DNA of 57,970 bases from a virus. Taxonomy: Duplodnaviria; Caudoviricetes. A program made the position numbers and the translations under genes. The stretch spans positions 1 through 57,970 of IMG/VR virus record IMGVR_UViG_3300008217_000010; one strand, 5' to 3'. This document shows positions 7,893 through 17,804 of this stretch, piece by piece. The notes below the pieces were generated by a model. It saw only the letters and a program-made list of their open reading frames with translations. It was not told where the DNA came from and searched no databases. The number at the start of each line of letters is the position of its first letter. Position 1 is the first letter of the stretch.

Positions 7893-9407
7893 TTGGAAAT
7901 TAAAGACCAAATAAAAGAAATGGTAAACTCTGGCTTTTCTGTGTTCTATGTATACACAGAAGATGAGGTTAGTGTCGAGAGACAACTAACTATGATGGCA
8001 GAAGAAAGAGAGGCAGGTATAGGTAGGTGGACTGTCTTAGGTGATAATCCTTTAGATGATTTTCTAGGGGCGGAGTTCCCAAATAACTTCTTTGTGATTT
8101 GCATCAACCCTCATTTGAATCTTGATTCTCCTGGAGTAATGCAGACCATAAAAGACCAAGCAGATAAATGGAAGGCAACGGACATTCATGTATTCTTGTT
8201 ATGCAATGATAAGAAAATACCACCAGAGGTTAATCGTAACCTCACATATATAGAGTGGGGACTTCCTGATAAAGATGAGCTTGGTGATAAGCTAGAGTTT
8301 GTTAGAGAATCTGCTCTAGATGAGCTACCTGACCTTCCAGTTTTTGACAATGGAGAAAAAACTGCTCTTGTTAAAGCAGCATTGGGGTTAACAAGTCAGC
8401 AGGCTGAAGATGCTTTTGCTCTTTCCTTGATACAAAATCAAGCGTTTGTGCCAAATGTCGTAACTAGAATTAAAGCAAACGAATATCTAAAAGCTGGATT
8501 GATGGAGCTTGAGGAACCTAAACCTTTTGAATCATTCAAGGGATACACAGAACTCCAAGAATATATGGTTCAATCTAAGTCAGCTTTCTATCAAGAGTCT
8601 AAGTATGGCTTATCTCCTCCTAAAGGCATACTGTTAACTGGAGTTCCAGGGGTAGGAAAGACTCTTGCTTCACAAGCAATCGCATCTATGTTCGGACTAA
8701 TGCTACTAAAGGTAGACCTTGGAAAGCTATTCGGAGAACTGGTAGGACAAACAGAGTCTAAAACCAGACAACTAATTGCCATAGCAGAAAGAATGGCACC
8801 TATCGTATTAAGATTCGATGAAATAGAGAAACAAATGGGTGGTATGGGAGTTAGCTCAGGTGACAGCGGAGTAAGTTCCAGAATCCTTGCTTCTCTATTA
8901 ACATGGATGCAAGAACGTACTGCTCCAGTCTATACAATAATGACTGCCAATGATGTAAGCAGATTACGACCAGAGATGCTCAGAAAAGGTAGGATAGATG
9001 AGATATTCTTTCTTGACCTGCCTGACAAACAAGAACGGTCAGATATATTTGAGTATCATCTTGAGCTTAGGGTTCCAGAGGTCAACTGGAGTGGATATGT
9101 TAACGACCTCAATGAAGCCCATAACAAGACTAAAGGATGGTCAGGTGCAGAGATTGAGCAAGTAGTAATACAGACTCTGAGACGTGCTGAACGAAGTGAT
9201 ATACATATTTCAGAGGATTTACAGTTCTTTATATTAGACCTTATAAATGAAATAGATAAGACCGTACCGTTATCCGTTATACGAAGGGAGGATATAGATG
9301 CAATAAGAAAATGGGCTGTAGATAATAATGCTCGATTAGCATCTAAGAATGAAATCATCGAGAAAGCCCAAATAGAGACTCGAAGAAAATTATCAATATC
9401 AAAATAA
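7893..9407 (+). CDS. Ycf46-type AAA+ ATPase
   Basis: GILLTGVPGVGKT, DLGKLFGELVGQTE, FDEIEK, TAND, LRKGRIDEIFFLDLP, preceded by a degenerate N-terminal AAA-like region. AAGGAG precedes TTG 7893. Confidence 0.85.
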   Translation: MEIKDQIKEMVNSGFSVFYVYTEDEVSVERQLTMMAEEREAGIGRWTVLGDNPLDDFLGAEFPNNFFVICINPHLNLDSPGVMQTIKDQADKWKATDIHVFLLCNDKKIPPEVNRNLTYIEWGLPDKDELGDKLEFVRESALDELPDLPVFDNGEKTALVKAALGLTSQQAEDAFALSLIQNQAFVPNVVTRIKANEYLKAGLMELEEPKPFESFKGYTELQEYMVQSKSAFYQESKYGLSPPKGILLTGVPGVGKTLASQAIASMFGLMLLKVDLGKLFGELVGQTESKTRQLIAIAERMAPIVLRFDEIEKQMGGMGVSSGDSGVSSRILASLLTWMQERTAPVYTIMTANDVSRLRPEMLRKGRIDEIFFLDLPDKQERSDIFEYHLELRVPEVNWSGYVNDLNEAHNKTKGWSGAEIEQVVIQTLRRAERSDIHISEDLQFFILDLINEIDKTVPLSVIRREDIDAIRKWAVDNNARLASKNEIIEKAQIETRRKLSISK

Positions 9408-9412
9408 AAAAC

Positions 9413-9440
9413 TTGACAAGTCCCCATAAAACTGTATAAT
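9413..9440 (+). promoter_or_regulatory. sigma70-type promoter
   Basis: TTGACA-16 bp-TATAAT. Confidence 0.75.
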
Positions 9441-9476
9441 TAAGGGTGGCAGGTGGGGACGGGGAGGGATGTGCCA

Positions 9477-9719
9477 ATGCAAGAGTTCTTTATATTCAGT
9501 TGGATAGATAATAATGTGACCTTGATAGAAGCTTATCCAGTACATAAAGGATTATCACGTCAATACTTTATAAACCATTGTATAAGTTGTACAGATATCA
9601 ATGGTTGGGCTTTAGTCTCTTCACCATCTAGGAATCAAGCTAAGAAATCTGCTTATATCAATTGGATTAACTCAACAGGAAAAGGATGGAACCGTTATTA
9701 TGACAACAAGCTCAGATGA
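9477..9719 (+). CDS. hypothetical protein
   Basis: GGAGG RBS downstream of the promoter. Confidence 0.55.
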   Translation: MQEFFIFSWIDNNVTLIEAYPVHKGLSRQYFINHCISCTDINGWALVSSPSRNQAKKSAYINWINSTGKGWNRYYDNKLR

Positions 9720-10071
9720 GCCAGATGTTGATTACGGATACACTCACTTAAGGGAAGAGTATCAAAAGTTAGAGGCTGACTCTGAGTTTGCTGAATTTCT
9801 CGTGTTGTTAACAGGAACTTATGATGAACCCGTGGACAGAACATTCGAGGATATTCAAAAGTTCAGAACAATAGCTACAATGGTATATACTAATAAGGAG
9901 ATAGAGTTTATAAGACATCTAGAGCCTGGACAAATCTGGACTACGGTAAATATGGGCAAGACCTTTATAGGTGTTGTTCAAAGAAAAGTTAACCGTACTG
10001 TATATCTAAGAGATAACTTAGGTAATGTATACCATGCAACAGCAGACCAATTCAGAGAGAGGTTACAATAA
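9700..10071 (+). CDS. hypothetical protein
   Basis: 123-aa ORF. Confidence 0.65.
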   Translation: MTTSSDEPDVDYGYTHLREEYQKLEADSEFAEFLVLLTGTYDEPVDRTFEDIQKFRTIATMVYTNKEIEFIRHLEPGQIWTTVNMGKTFIGVVQRKVNRTVYLRDNLGNVYHATADQFRERLQ

Positions 10072-10317
10072 ATAGCTACATTAGAAGATATCACGATATG
10101 TGATTCTTGCAAAGCAAGGTTATCAAATAAACATCTTCCTGGAGACTTGAGTTTTGAGGTGGACTCTGACAAATCCCTTTGGTGGAGATATAACTCTGGA
10201 ATTGGTAATGTCTTTGGTAGTATTGGAATGTTCGCTATCCATAATACTTGCTTAGATACTATGCGTGACAGGTTAAGGTCTGAGGGAAGAATGGAGCCGT
10301 TAGTCAGTATTTATTAG
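10072..10317 (+). pseudogene. zinc-ribbon gene with ATA at the start position, paralog of 25713-26026
   Basis: GAGAGG RBS then ATA GCT ACA. Open frame TICDSC...FAIHNTCLDTMRDRLR. Confidence 0.55.
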
Positions 10318-10544
10318 AGCTAGAAAGGTTAATTGTTCTAGGAGAAACTAAATCAGATTTGAGGAAAATGAGAATACAGTGATCACAAGTACCTGGCGTA
10401 AGAAACCACCGCATCCATCGACTAAGAAAAGACATGGTAATACTTTGTTGAAGGTTGACCCAAAACGAAAACGCAAGTTCTTAACACAAGAACAACTACG
10501 TGCCAAGCGACATCGAAAGAAGTTAAAAAGGAATAGAAATAAGA

Positions 10545-10720
10545 ATGAATGATGTAGAAACACATCCAAAGTATTGGGATTGTGAATGCGAGAATGATTA
10601 CATTCACGAGAAAGGAGTTCAAGATTATTGCTCTATTTGCAGAGTAATAGTAATGAGCAACCTGACAGCCGAGTCAATGAGTTAATCGAAAAAGGTATCT
10701 TATTAAGAGAGGATGAATAA
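10545..10720 (+). pseudogene. frameshifted phage gene (YWDCEC..YIH...QPDSR)
   Basis: The two halves are in different frames, joined near 10641. Span 176 nt, ending in a TAATG overlap. Confidence 0.6.
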
Positions 10721-11661
10721 TGGTTGAGACAACACACGCACCAGTTAGGGACAAAGAAAAGAGTATCTTTGTTGATGGGGTGTTATTTGATATTGACATC
10801 CATTGGTGGAAAGGTTGGACTAAGTTAGAGCTTGAGGATATAGATAAAGAGGAAGGTGAACTGCCTGCTATCTTTAAGCTTGGAACTAAACGGATACTTA
10901 ACCCAGAGGCGTTCAAAGACTTCTCTGTTATAGAGTCCAGGGCAAGGACGTTGGTTGACGACCTGTGCTTCCCTTTTATGATATCTACTGTGAGGTTTGT
11001 TCCCTTTGCCACACTACCTCAGTTAGTAGAAGAGTTAACTAAGCTACAGAAAGCATTTTACGCTTTCGTAGAACAGTTTGTCTTTTACTATGATGATAAC
11101 AAGTTGTCGTTTATGAATAGATATCCTAAGTACGCTCTTAAACTGAATAAAAAATATCCAGACACAATGGAAATTAGAGGTAAGTTCTACTTCAGTTGGA
11201 AGTTATTTGAAATGTCCATGCCAAAGGAAATAAAAGCTGAATTCTTATCTGACTCAGAAAGAGAAAGGCTACAGAAACTCTTTACTGAAAGTCAAGATAA
11301 GGTTAACAGCCAATTAGAGGGTTGGGTTGACCGCGTTGGTATGGCAATGAGAAAGGAAATTGGTTTAGTATGCAAGAACATGAACGACTCATTAGAGAAA
11401 GGAAAAGTGATACGTGAATCAACTCTGGAAAGGACTCGTGAGACTATCAAACGCTTACGTTCCATGAATTTTATTGGTGACCCTCAAGTAGAGGACATGC
11501 TCTCTGATTTAGAACGGAACGTTCCTGGTAACTTTGATAGAGATAATGCTTTAGTGATGGCTCCATTTAAGGGAACACTCCAGGCTATCATGGCAGAGGC
11601 AGGAGACCTTACAGATATAACAACTTCAACTGGAGAATACAAACGAAAGTTTAGGTTATAA
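10720..11661 (+). CDS. DUF3150-like protein
   Basis: DIHWWKG..KL, LGTKRIL, FVP, YP...EIRGKF.F.W, L..MNF.GD pattern. Confidence 0.7.
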   Translation: MVETTHAPVRDKEKSIFVDGVLFDIDIHWWKGWTKLELEDIDKEEGELPAIFKLGTKRILNPEAFKDFSVIESRARTLVDDLCFPFMISTVRFVPFATLPQLVEELTKLQKAFYAFVEQFVFYYDDNKLSFMNRYPKYALKLNKKYPDTMEIRGKFYFSWKLFEMSMPKEIKAEFLSDSERERLQKLFTESQDKVNSQLEGWVDRVGMAMRKEIGLVCKNMNDSLEKGKVIRESTLERTRETIKRLRSMNFIGDPQVEDMLSDLERNVPGNFDRDNALVMAPFKGTLQAIMAEAGDLTDITTSTGEYKRKFRL

Positions 11662-11664
11662 GTT

Positions 11665-11874
11665 ATGATTGACCAAGTAATAAGCGATATCGACAAAGAG
11701 ATATTAGAGCAGTTATGTAACGATTGGACTCCACAAGAAATTACAGAGATAGTCAATCGTAGTTATGATAATATAGTGTATAGACTTAAGCTCTTACAAT
11801 TAAAATTCGACGTAGAAACAAACGTTGGTTTAGTTTGCAAGTTAGTTAAATTAGAATTATTGGAGGTTAAGTAA
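11665..11874 (+). CDS. LuxR-type HTH protein
   Basis: D.EIL..L...W...EI..........V..L..KF.V....LV pattern. Confidence 0.65.
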   Translation: MIDQVISDIDKEILEQLCNDWTPQEITEIVNRSYDNIVYRLKLLQLKFDVETNVGLVCKLVKLELLEVK

Positions 11875-12176
11875 TGCCTTGTTGGATGCGAGGAGAACTA
11901 AGGTTAACAGACTTTGAGAAACTACAAGCAGAAGCTAATAAGCTAGGGTTAGAACTGTTGAAACAAAGCCCTGAAATTATCACCATATTAAAGAATGGTG
12001 TCGCTGTGGCTACTGCTACTGAAGCAGAGATAATGAAAGGTGCTAATCAATATTTTAAGGAGACTGTTAAGAACTACACGATTCAACAAGTCAAGGTTGC
12101 TGCTATGAGGAATGGTTGGAAGTTTGAGCAGGTCAAAGCAGAAGATGGAAAAATCAAATTGAGGGTGAGTGAATAA
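11874..12176 (+). CDS. DUF1257/Ycf35-like protein
   Basis: D...L...A..LG N-terminus and Y....V...A...GW.FE.....DGKIKL C-terminus. Confidence 0.6.
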   Translation: MPCWMRGELRLTDFEKLQAEANKLGLELLKQSPEIITILKNGVAVATATEAEIMKGANQYFKETVKNYTIQQVKVAAMRNGWKFEQVKAEDGKIKLRVSE

Positions 12177-12385
12177 TGCCATTCTTAGTTTTAATACAAG
12201 ATGCTCCAGATGATACTAAATGGTCTAAGGAGAGTATAGTTCTTTCTACATTAACAACCCCTGAACAAGTTCAAGCAGAATGGGGAGAGAAAGGAAAGAA
12301 CATCATTATTTGGAGTCTACCAAACTTAGGTTTCTTGGATGAGTGGCCTGTTGAGTTACCAGTAGACGAGGAGTTAGACCGCTAA
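12176..12385 (+). CDS. hypothetical protein
   Basis: TAATG coupled at both ends. Confidence 0.65.
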   Translation: MPFLVLIQDAPDDTKWSKESIVLSTLTTPEQVQAEWGEKGKNIIIWSLPNLGFLDEWPVELPVDEELDR

Positions 12386-12576
12386 TGGCTAAAGTAATTG
12401 AAATCACAATCGGAGATAATGGGAGTATTGAGGTACAAGGTTCTGGTCTTGGCCCCAATGAAAGGATTGAGGACGTAGCTAAGTTCCTTCTAACGAACTT
12501 AGGCGATGTTACAGAAACCGGACACAAACATCAACACACTACTAAGGAAGATATTACGATACAGAATATAGGTTAA
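12385..12576 (+). CDS. DUF2997-like protein
   Basis: IEITIGDNGSIEVQGSG.G...LG.V pattern. Confidence 0.65.
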   Translation: MAKVIEITIGDNGSIEVQGSGLGPNERIEDVAKFLLTNLGDVTETGHKHQHTTKEDITIQNIG

Positions 12577-12625
12577 CCTCTATAGATGGATTGTCGAATA
12601 ATACCGATTATTCACCACAAAACGC

Positions 12626-12655
12626 TTGACGGTTTGTAGGGAGCTATGTTATTCT
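12626..12655 (+). promoter_or_regulatory. sigma70-type promoter
   Basis: TTGACG-18 bp-TATTCT with extended -10 TG. A GGTTAAC motif copy lies at the expected start site. Confidence 0.5.
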
Positions 12656-12794
12656 ATAGATGTTAGGTTAACAGCACGCGAAAATAGAATCCAACATCAT
12701 CCAACACTTTAAGTTGATGGGAGGAGAAGTGAAATAAAAGGCAACACTATTCAGCTAATTCTGGAAGGACCAAATTAAGATTAAAGGAAAAATC

Positions 12795-13370
12795 ATGAGT
12801 ACTGACCAAGAACCCCAGGATGAAGCCCAAGAGCAAGATAGCTCTGTAGCAACCGCCAAAGCTCCTGTTGAGGAGAAGCCTATTGACATTAGTTTTCCAC
12901 GGAAGATAGGTGACAACACCTTTCAGACTCCAGAGGAAATGCAAGCGTTCCTCGACAAAATGACGGCTAGCACCAAGGAAGCACGTCAAGTTCTAAAAGC
13001 TGTAAGGCCAGGTCGTCCACCGAGTCAGAAGAAAGTCTTGGCTGAGGCTACTGCTGATATTCTGAACAAGCACATGACCAAAGACCTGCGTGAGAAGCTT
13101 GGCACAATTGATGAGGATATCGCCATTCGTGTCATGTTCGAGAAAGAAACTAGTACGTTTGTCGCTCCCACTCCAAAACCTAGAGAAGGTGGAGATGGTG
13201 GTGGGCCTCGCGGTGGTCGTCCATTAGTAGTGGACGGTAAAGAGTATCCATCAGCAAAGAATGCTCGGGATACTTTGCATACTGACACTGTTGGAAACCA
13301 ACAAAACCGTAAGGCCATCATATCTTATCTCCGTGGTAAGGAACACACTATAGAGAAAGACCAAGATTAA
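12795..13370 (+). CDS. putative DNA-binding protein (AT-hook-like RPGRPP, C-terminal DGKEYPSA..A module)
   Basis: Stand-alone gene with its own promoter and double terminator. Confidence 0.7.
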   Translation: MSTDQEPQDEAQEQDSSVATAKAPVEEKPIDISFPRKIGDNTFQTPEEMQAFLDKMTASTKEARQVLKAVRPGRPPSQKKVLAEATADILNKHMTKDLREKLGTIDEDIAIRVMFEKETSTFVAPTPKPREGGDGGGPRGGRPLVVDGKEYPSAKNARDTLHTDTVGNQQNRKAIISYLRGKEHTIEKDQD

Positions 13371-13377
13371 GAGTAAA

Positions 13378-13448
13378 AAGGGTCGGTGTTGCCTACCTGA
13401 CCCTTCGTTTTGGGGGAGTGGACGCATGACTGCTCCCCCTTAAATTTA
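13378..13448 (+). terminator. tandem intrinsic terminator hairpins
   Basis: AAGGGTCGGT/ACCTGACCCTT followed by CGTTTT, then GGGGGAGTGG/CTGCTCCCCC followed by TTAAATTT. Confidence 0.7.
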
Positions 13449-13474
13449 GCCTGAGAACTGTACAATGAGGGGAA

Positions 13475-13924
13475 ATGACTTCAACTCCAGAGGAACCTAA
13501 AACAGTTGTCCAAGAACCAGTGTCGAAGAACGTATCAAGCCGTGGTCAGCATCGGATGGGAAGGCAAATGCGTATGGATATTGAGGTAAGAATACCTGTA
13601 GAAGAAGTCTTACCTAATAGATTAAAAGATGATATCCTCATATTGTTTGATGAGGATTTCTTGCCTTCTATCAAAGGTGTAAAGGATTGGTTAATAGAAG
13701 TACATCAAGCACTTGATTCATACTGGCGTCGTAACTCCAAGAAAGAAGAGATTCTACGAAAGAACCTAGGTTTTCTTGAAGGTATGAGGTATATGTTAAC
13801 TGTCTGTCTAAGTGAGTTAACGCTAACTCAAGGTGAGGACTTAGCTAAAAGAATAGAGGAGGACTTGGGGCCACTACTTGCAACGTTCTGTGCAGACTGT
13901 AAGAAAATAATAGAGGATGAGTAA
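13475..13924 (+). CDS. hypothetical protein
   Basis: GAGGGG RBS, 149 aa. Confidence 0.7.
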   Translation: MTSTPEEPKTVVQEPVSKNVSSRGQHRMGRQMRMDIEVRIPVEEVLPNRLKDDILILFDEDFLPSIKGVKDWLIEVHQALDSYWRRNSKKEEILRKNLGFLEGMRYMLTVCLSELTLTQGEDLAKRIEEDLGPLLATFCADCKKIIEDE

Positions 13925-14038
13925 AATATAAAGTGTAAAGTAAAAGGGTGTCGCTTATTAGTTCATAGTAATATTTGTAAGTTATGCTGCGACCACTACA
14001 TGTTAGATAAGTAGTATGACAACACTCTTACCAATCAT

Positions 14039-14245
14039 ATGGAAGCAAGGAGACTTGTGTTATTATCAGAATATGGAGTGATGGTAAAACAGGTATGTCT
14101 TAGACTTGGTACAGATTTCATTACGTTCGAGATTTCAAGGTTTGAACGAACACCGCAGATTGTGAGTCTAAAAGACCTTAGACCTCCTCATAGAATCGGT
14201 GCTACAGTAGAAGTATATCATCATCACAATAGTCCTCTTAATTAG
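14039..14245 (+). CDS. hypothetical protein
   Basis: ORF track. Confidence 0.4.
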   Translation: MEARRLVLLSEYGVMVKQVCLRLGTDFITFEISRFERTPQIVSLKDLRPPHRIGATVEVYHHHNSPLN

Positions 14246-14492
14246 GAGCAAGACAGAATAGATAGAGAGCCTCTTGATATAGAAAGGAAGTGGGGGCCTT
14301 TAGGAAAGAAGAACACAGATAAGATGGAACTGGGTGAGGGTGAAGAACAAGATGAAAGACCAGATGATATAAGGTCTGTCCAAAGTGATCGTCCTGTTCC
14401 AGGCTCACATTTAAGGACTCCAGATACTAAGAGAGAGGATTAAAGTGTTACGACAACCAAAAGGGCCATATGTATGAAAGCCAGAATCATTA

Positions 14493-14816
14493 GTGATAAT
14501 AGAATGTCCTTTTAGGTGTGGTCTACAACAAGAAAGATTCAAGATTAACAAACACATAAGGTACTGCGTTAATAACCCTGAAAATAAGAAGTATAAAGGT
14601 CAAGCTAGTAAAGAGAATTATGGTCTTAGGAATATAGATAGGAAAGACCCTGACTCTCATGTTCCTCCTAGAGACGAGGAAGAAGAAATCTCAAAACCTG
14701 ATGTGCCAGATACAAGTAACCACGTACATACTCCAGGTCAGACTTGCTTCCAGTGTAAGTATGAGGCAGCATTAGAAGTAGTTGCTGCTATGAATATACA
14801 AGTGAGTCCACAGTAA
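14493..14816 (+). CDS. zinc-finger hypothetical protein
   Basis: CPFRC...H...C and H.H....CFQC. Confidence 0.6.
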   Translation: MIIECPFRCGLQQERFKINKHIRYCVNNPENKKYKGQASKENYGLRNIDRKDPDSHVPPRDEEEEISKPDVPDTSNHVHTPGQTCFQCKYEAALEVVAAMNIQVSPQ

Positions 14817-14886
14817 TGAGTACATGGCTTTGTGTAGCATATGGTAAACAGATACCATACCAAGAACATAAAGAACACGTTAAATT

Positions 14887-15261
14887 GTGTGGAATAAAAA
14901 GATAATGGTTCTAGTAGACATTACAGAAGATATTAGAGAGGGTAGGTATCCACCACCTCTCTTTAACAATCGCAATGCAAAGGTCTTTGGTAGACGTATC
15001 TTTGTCAAAATTGGTGAGCGTATACTCGTAGGCAACATACAGTATATGCACGAGAGCCAGCAACTAATTATCTTCGTAAATTTCAACTGGCGTAAGAAGT
15101 CAGACAACATTGGTAACAATACCAAGGTGCTCATCAAAACATATTCTGTTCCATCTGGAGTCGATATTGACTTATTCATGAAGCGTGTCAGAGAGGAAAT
15201 GATTAAGGAACCTCAGACAGATGGAATGAAGTGGAGCTTCGACGCCACAAGTCTGCTGTAG
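14887..15261 (+). CDS. hypothetical protein
   Basis: 124-aa ORF followed by a T-rich tract. Confidence 0.6.
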   Translation: MWNKKIMVLVDITEDIREGRYPPPLFNNRNAKVFGRRIFVKIGERILVGNIQYMHESQQLIIFVNFNWRKKSDNIGNNTKVLIKTYSVPSGVDIDLFMKRVREEMIKEPQTDGMKWSFDATSLL

Positions 15262-15333
15262 TTTTTTTCTTTTTACATTTTTTTACGAACGTCCCTTTAG
15301 TGGAATCTTAACACTTAAGGTTAATAGGCGAAA

Positions 15334-15588
15334 ATGAGTAAACCAATAATTTTTAATAAAGAAGAAATACCTTTATGTCCTAATGGTCATGGCCCTATGT
15401 ATGTAGATGGAGCATTAAATAATATTTGGGACGCTTGGGAGAAAGGTATCATATCTAAACAAGTTCCAGAGGCTCGCGCACATTGCTTGATATGTAGACA
15501 CACCATGATAATAGCCGATGAGCGTCCTGTAAACGAATTTAGTACAGTTGAGTCTGATTACATGAACCTGGGAACGTTCACAGGATAA
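15334..15588 (+). CDS. zinc-ribbon protein
   Basis: CPNGH...CLIC. Confidence 0.65.
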   Translation: MSKPIIFNKEEIPLCPNGHGPMYVDGALNNIWDAWEKGIISKQVPEARAHCLICRHTMIIADERPVNEFSTVESDYMNLGTFTG

Positions 15589-16006
15589 CAGACCCCTGAA
15601 ATTTGATTATACGCATCCTAAATAATATACGTGAGGTTTCATATGAGCAAATGGGCTTTCCCAAGTATTATAGGAGCCTTACTAGCAACTGAGTATGTAG
15701 TCTTTGGCTTCTACTTTGGTTGCTGGTCATTCGGTTGTTGGGGGTGTACAGTTTACTACCAGGCTCATTGGATGCAATGATGCACATAACAGGTGAAGAT
15801 ATCAAAAATTCATACCTTACTACAATGGGGTACTAAATGCCTACAGTATGGAGACAATTAACATCAGCAGTCTTAGTTAAAGAACTAGAACTATTAAAAG
15901 AAATCAAAGAGTTAACTGGATTGTCACCCAAGGAAAGAAGGCATGTAAGGGAAATAACTAAGGAACTTGCTTCCAGGAAGCCTATCAAATAATATCCAGG
16001 CATGTA

Positions 16007-16035
16007 TTGACATTACACAAGGTTCATGGTATAAT
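16007..16035 (+). promoter_or_regulatory. consensus sigma70 promoter
   Basis: TTGACA-17 bp-TATAAT with extended -10 TG. Confidence 0.8.
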
Positions 16036-16086
16036 GTCCTGAATACGGAAAAGCTGTCTAAAAAACGGGAAGCCCCTTGGAGTACA

Positions 16087-17775
16087 ATGGTTTCAGATAA
16101 CGATGAAGTGGATAAGGAAACTGAGGCTGCGGTAGCAGAGGCTGTATTCCATAAGTTAATGTCAACAGAGGAACTCAGGGATAAGTTAGCAGTCATTGTT
16201 CCTGGCCTTTATAAGTCATGGCGAACCAATCAGTTTGAAGTAATAGAACAAATATACCGTTCTGACAAGTCTATAGTCGGAGTACATGCTCCTACTGGAT
16301 TTGGTAAATCTGTCTCTGCTTCAGGTACAGTAATGGTAGCAGGCGACAGAGGTATTATTCTGGTTGGTACTAAGCAGTTAGGTGAACAATATTACGAGGA
16401 CTTCAGGACAGTAGGGTTAAGGACAGTTAAAGGGCGTGGCAATTTTCCATGTGAAATTATGCCAGAGAAAGGTGCCGATACTGCTCCTTGTGTAGCTGGA
16501 ATGAAATGTATGTACAAGCGTGGTGGTTGTCAGTATTACGACCAAAAGCGTGAAGCTTCCGCCGCTCAATTAGCATCTATGAACATTCATTATTTCCTGC
16601 ATGAAGCTAATTTTGGTGGTGAGTTCTCAGATGTAGATATTCTATTTATAGATGAGGCTCACAAACTAGAAACAACACTCCAGCAGTTCATTGAAATTCG
16701 CTTATCCTTTGAACGATTTAGCGATGAAGGTCAGGATATACCTAAAGGTGAATACCGTAACATTCCTAACTTAATGCAATGGGCAGAAAAAGCATTTGGT
16801 ACAATGGAAGCAGAACTGAACCAATGCTTAGAGGAGTTAGAACTAGACCCACGCAATGACATTATAACTGCTCGTGCTATACGGTTGAAAGCAGCTTGCA
16901 ATAATCTCGAAAAGTTTTCAATGGTAGACGATACATGGATAATTGAGGAAGATAAATATGCAGTTATCCTCAAACCAGTATGGGTTGCTAAATACCTAGA
17001 GCAGATATTATTAAGACACGCTCAGAAAGTTGTTTTGATGTCTGCAACTCTACCACGGAATATAATGGAAAGCTTAGGTTTATTCGATTACGAGTATATT
17101 CAACTCTTTCCAACATTCAATGTAGCCAACCGTCCGGTCATTTGGATTCCAGCGGCTAACCTAGCTCGTTCTGCTTCTGACCCTGCAATGGAACAGAAAA
17201 AGTTAATTGCAGTAATTGATAACCTTATGGAACGTCACCAGAATGAAAAAGGTATTATACATACTGTTAACTACAGAATTGGTGAGGCTATCCTATCAGG
17301 AACTAAGTACGCTGATAGAATCATCACTCATAAAGAAGCAGGTGATAGGGAAAAGATATTAGACCAATTCAGAGCTAACAACACAAATGCAGTTCTAATG
17401 TCTCCGTCGTTCACTGAAGGTGTCGACCTTCCGTATAACCAGTGCCGTTGGCAAGTGATAGCTAAGATTCCATATGGTGACTTAGGTAATAAACAAATCA
17501 AGGCACGTATGGAGAATGATAATGCTTGGTACGCCACCAATGCTATCGTTAACATGATTCAAGCATATGGTCGTATCATGAGAGCAGAGGATGATTCAGG
17601 CATTACATACATTCTTGATACATCTCTTATGAACCTAATTAACAGATGGAAAACCGTATTCGAGCAGTTAACTGGCTTCTTAGACGCTCTGTTCATAAAT
17701 GAGAAAGGGCGTACAATACCGTATAATGACTGGCTAATAGAGAAGGGAGGAGGTTCACAATTGAAGCTAGACTGA
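16087..17775 (+). CDS. DinG/XPD-family Fe-S helicase
   Basis: Q motif, APTGFGKS, KGRGNFPC with Cys cluster, DEAH, SATL, EGVDLP, QAYGRIMR. Start placed downstream of the promoter. Confidence 0.92.
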   Translation: MVSDNDEVDKETEAAVAEAVFHKLMSTEELRDKLAVIVPGLYKSWRTNQFEVIEQIYRSDKSIVGVHAPTGFGKSVSASGTVMVAGDRGIILVGTKQLGEQYYEDFRTVGLRTVKGRGNFPCEIMPEKGADTAPCVAGMKCMYKRGGCQYYDQKREASAAQLASMNIHYFLHEANFGGEFSDVDILFIDEAHKLETTLQQFIEIRLSFERFSDEGQDIPKGEYRNIPNLMQWAEKAFGTMEAELNQCLEELELDPRNDIITARAIRLKAACNNLEKFSMVDDTWIIEEDKYAVILKPVWVAKYLEQILLRHAQKVVLMSATLPRNIMESLGLFDYEYIQLFPTFNVANRPVIWIPAANLARSASDPAMEQKKLIAVIDNLMERHQNEKGIIHTVNYRIGEAILSGTKYADRIITHKEAGDREKILDQFRANNTNAVLMSPSFTEGVDLPYNQCRWQVIAKIPYGDLGNKQIKARMENDNAWYATNAIVNMIQAYGRIMRAEDDSGITYILDTSLMNLINRWKTVFEQLTGFLDALFINEKGRTIPYNDWLIEKGGGSQLKLD

Positions 17776-17804
17776 CACCAACAGAAAAATCTAAGGCGAC
17801 ACAA

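Noticed and set aside
15967-16086. N-terminal 40 aa of DinG as given by the ORF track
   Set aside because: Overlaps a consensus promoter (16007-16035). ATG 16087 is the more plausible start.
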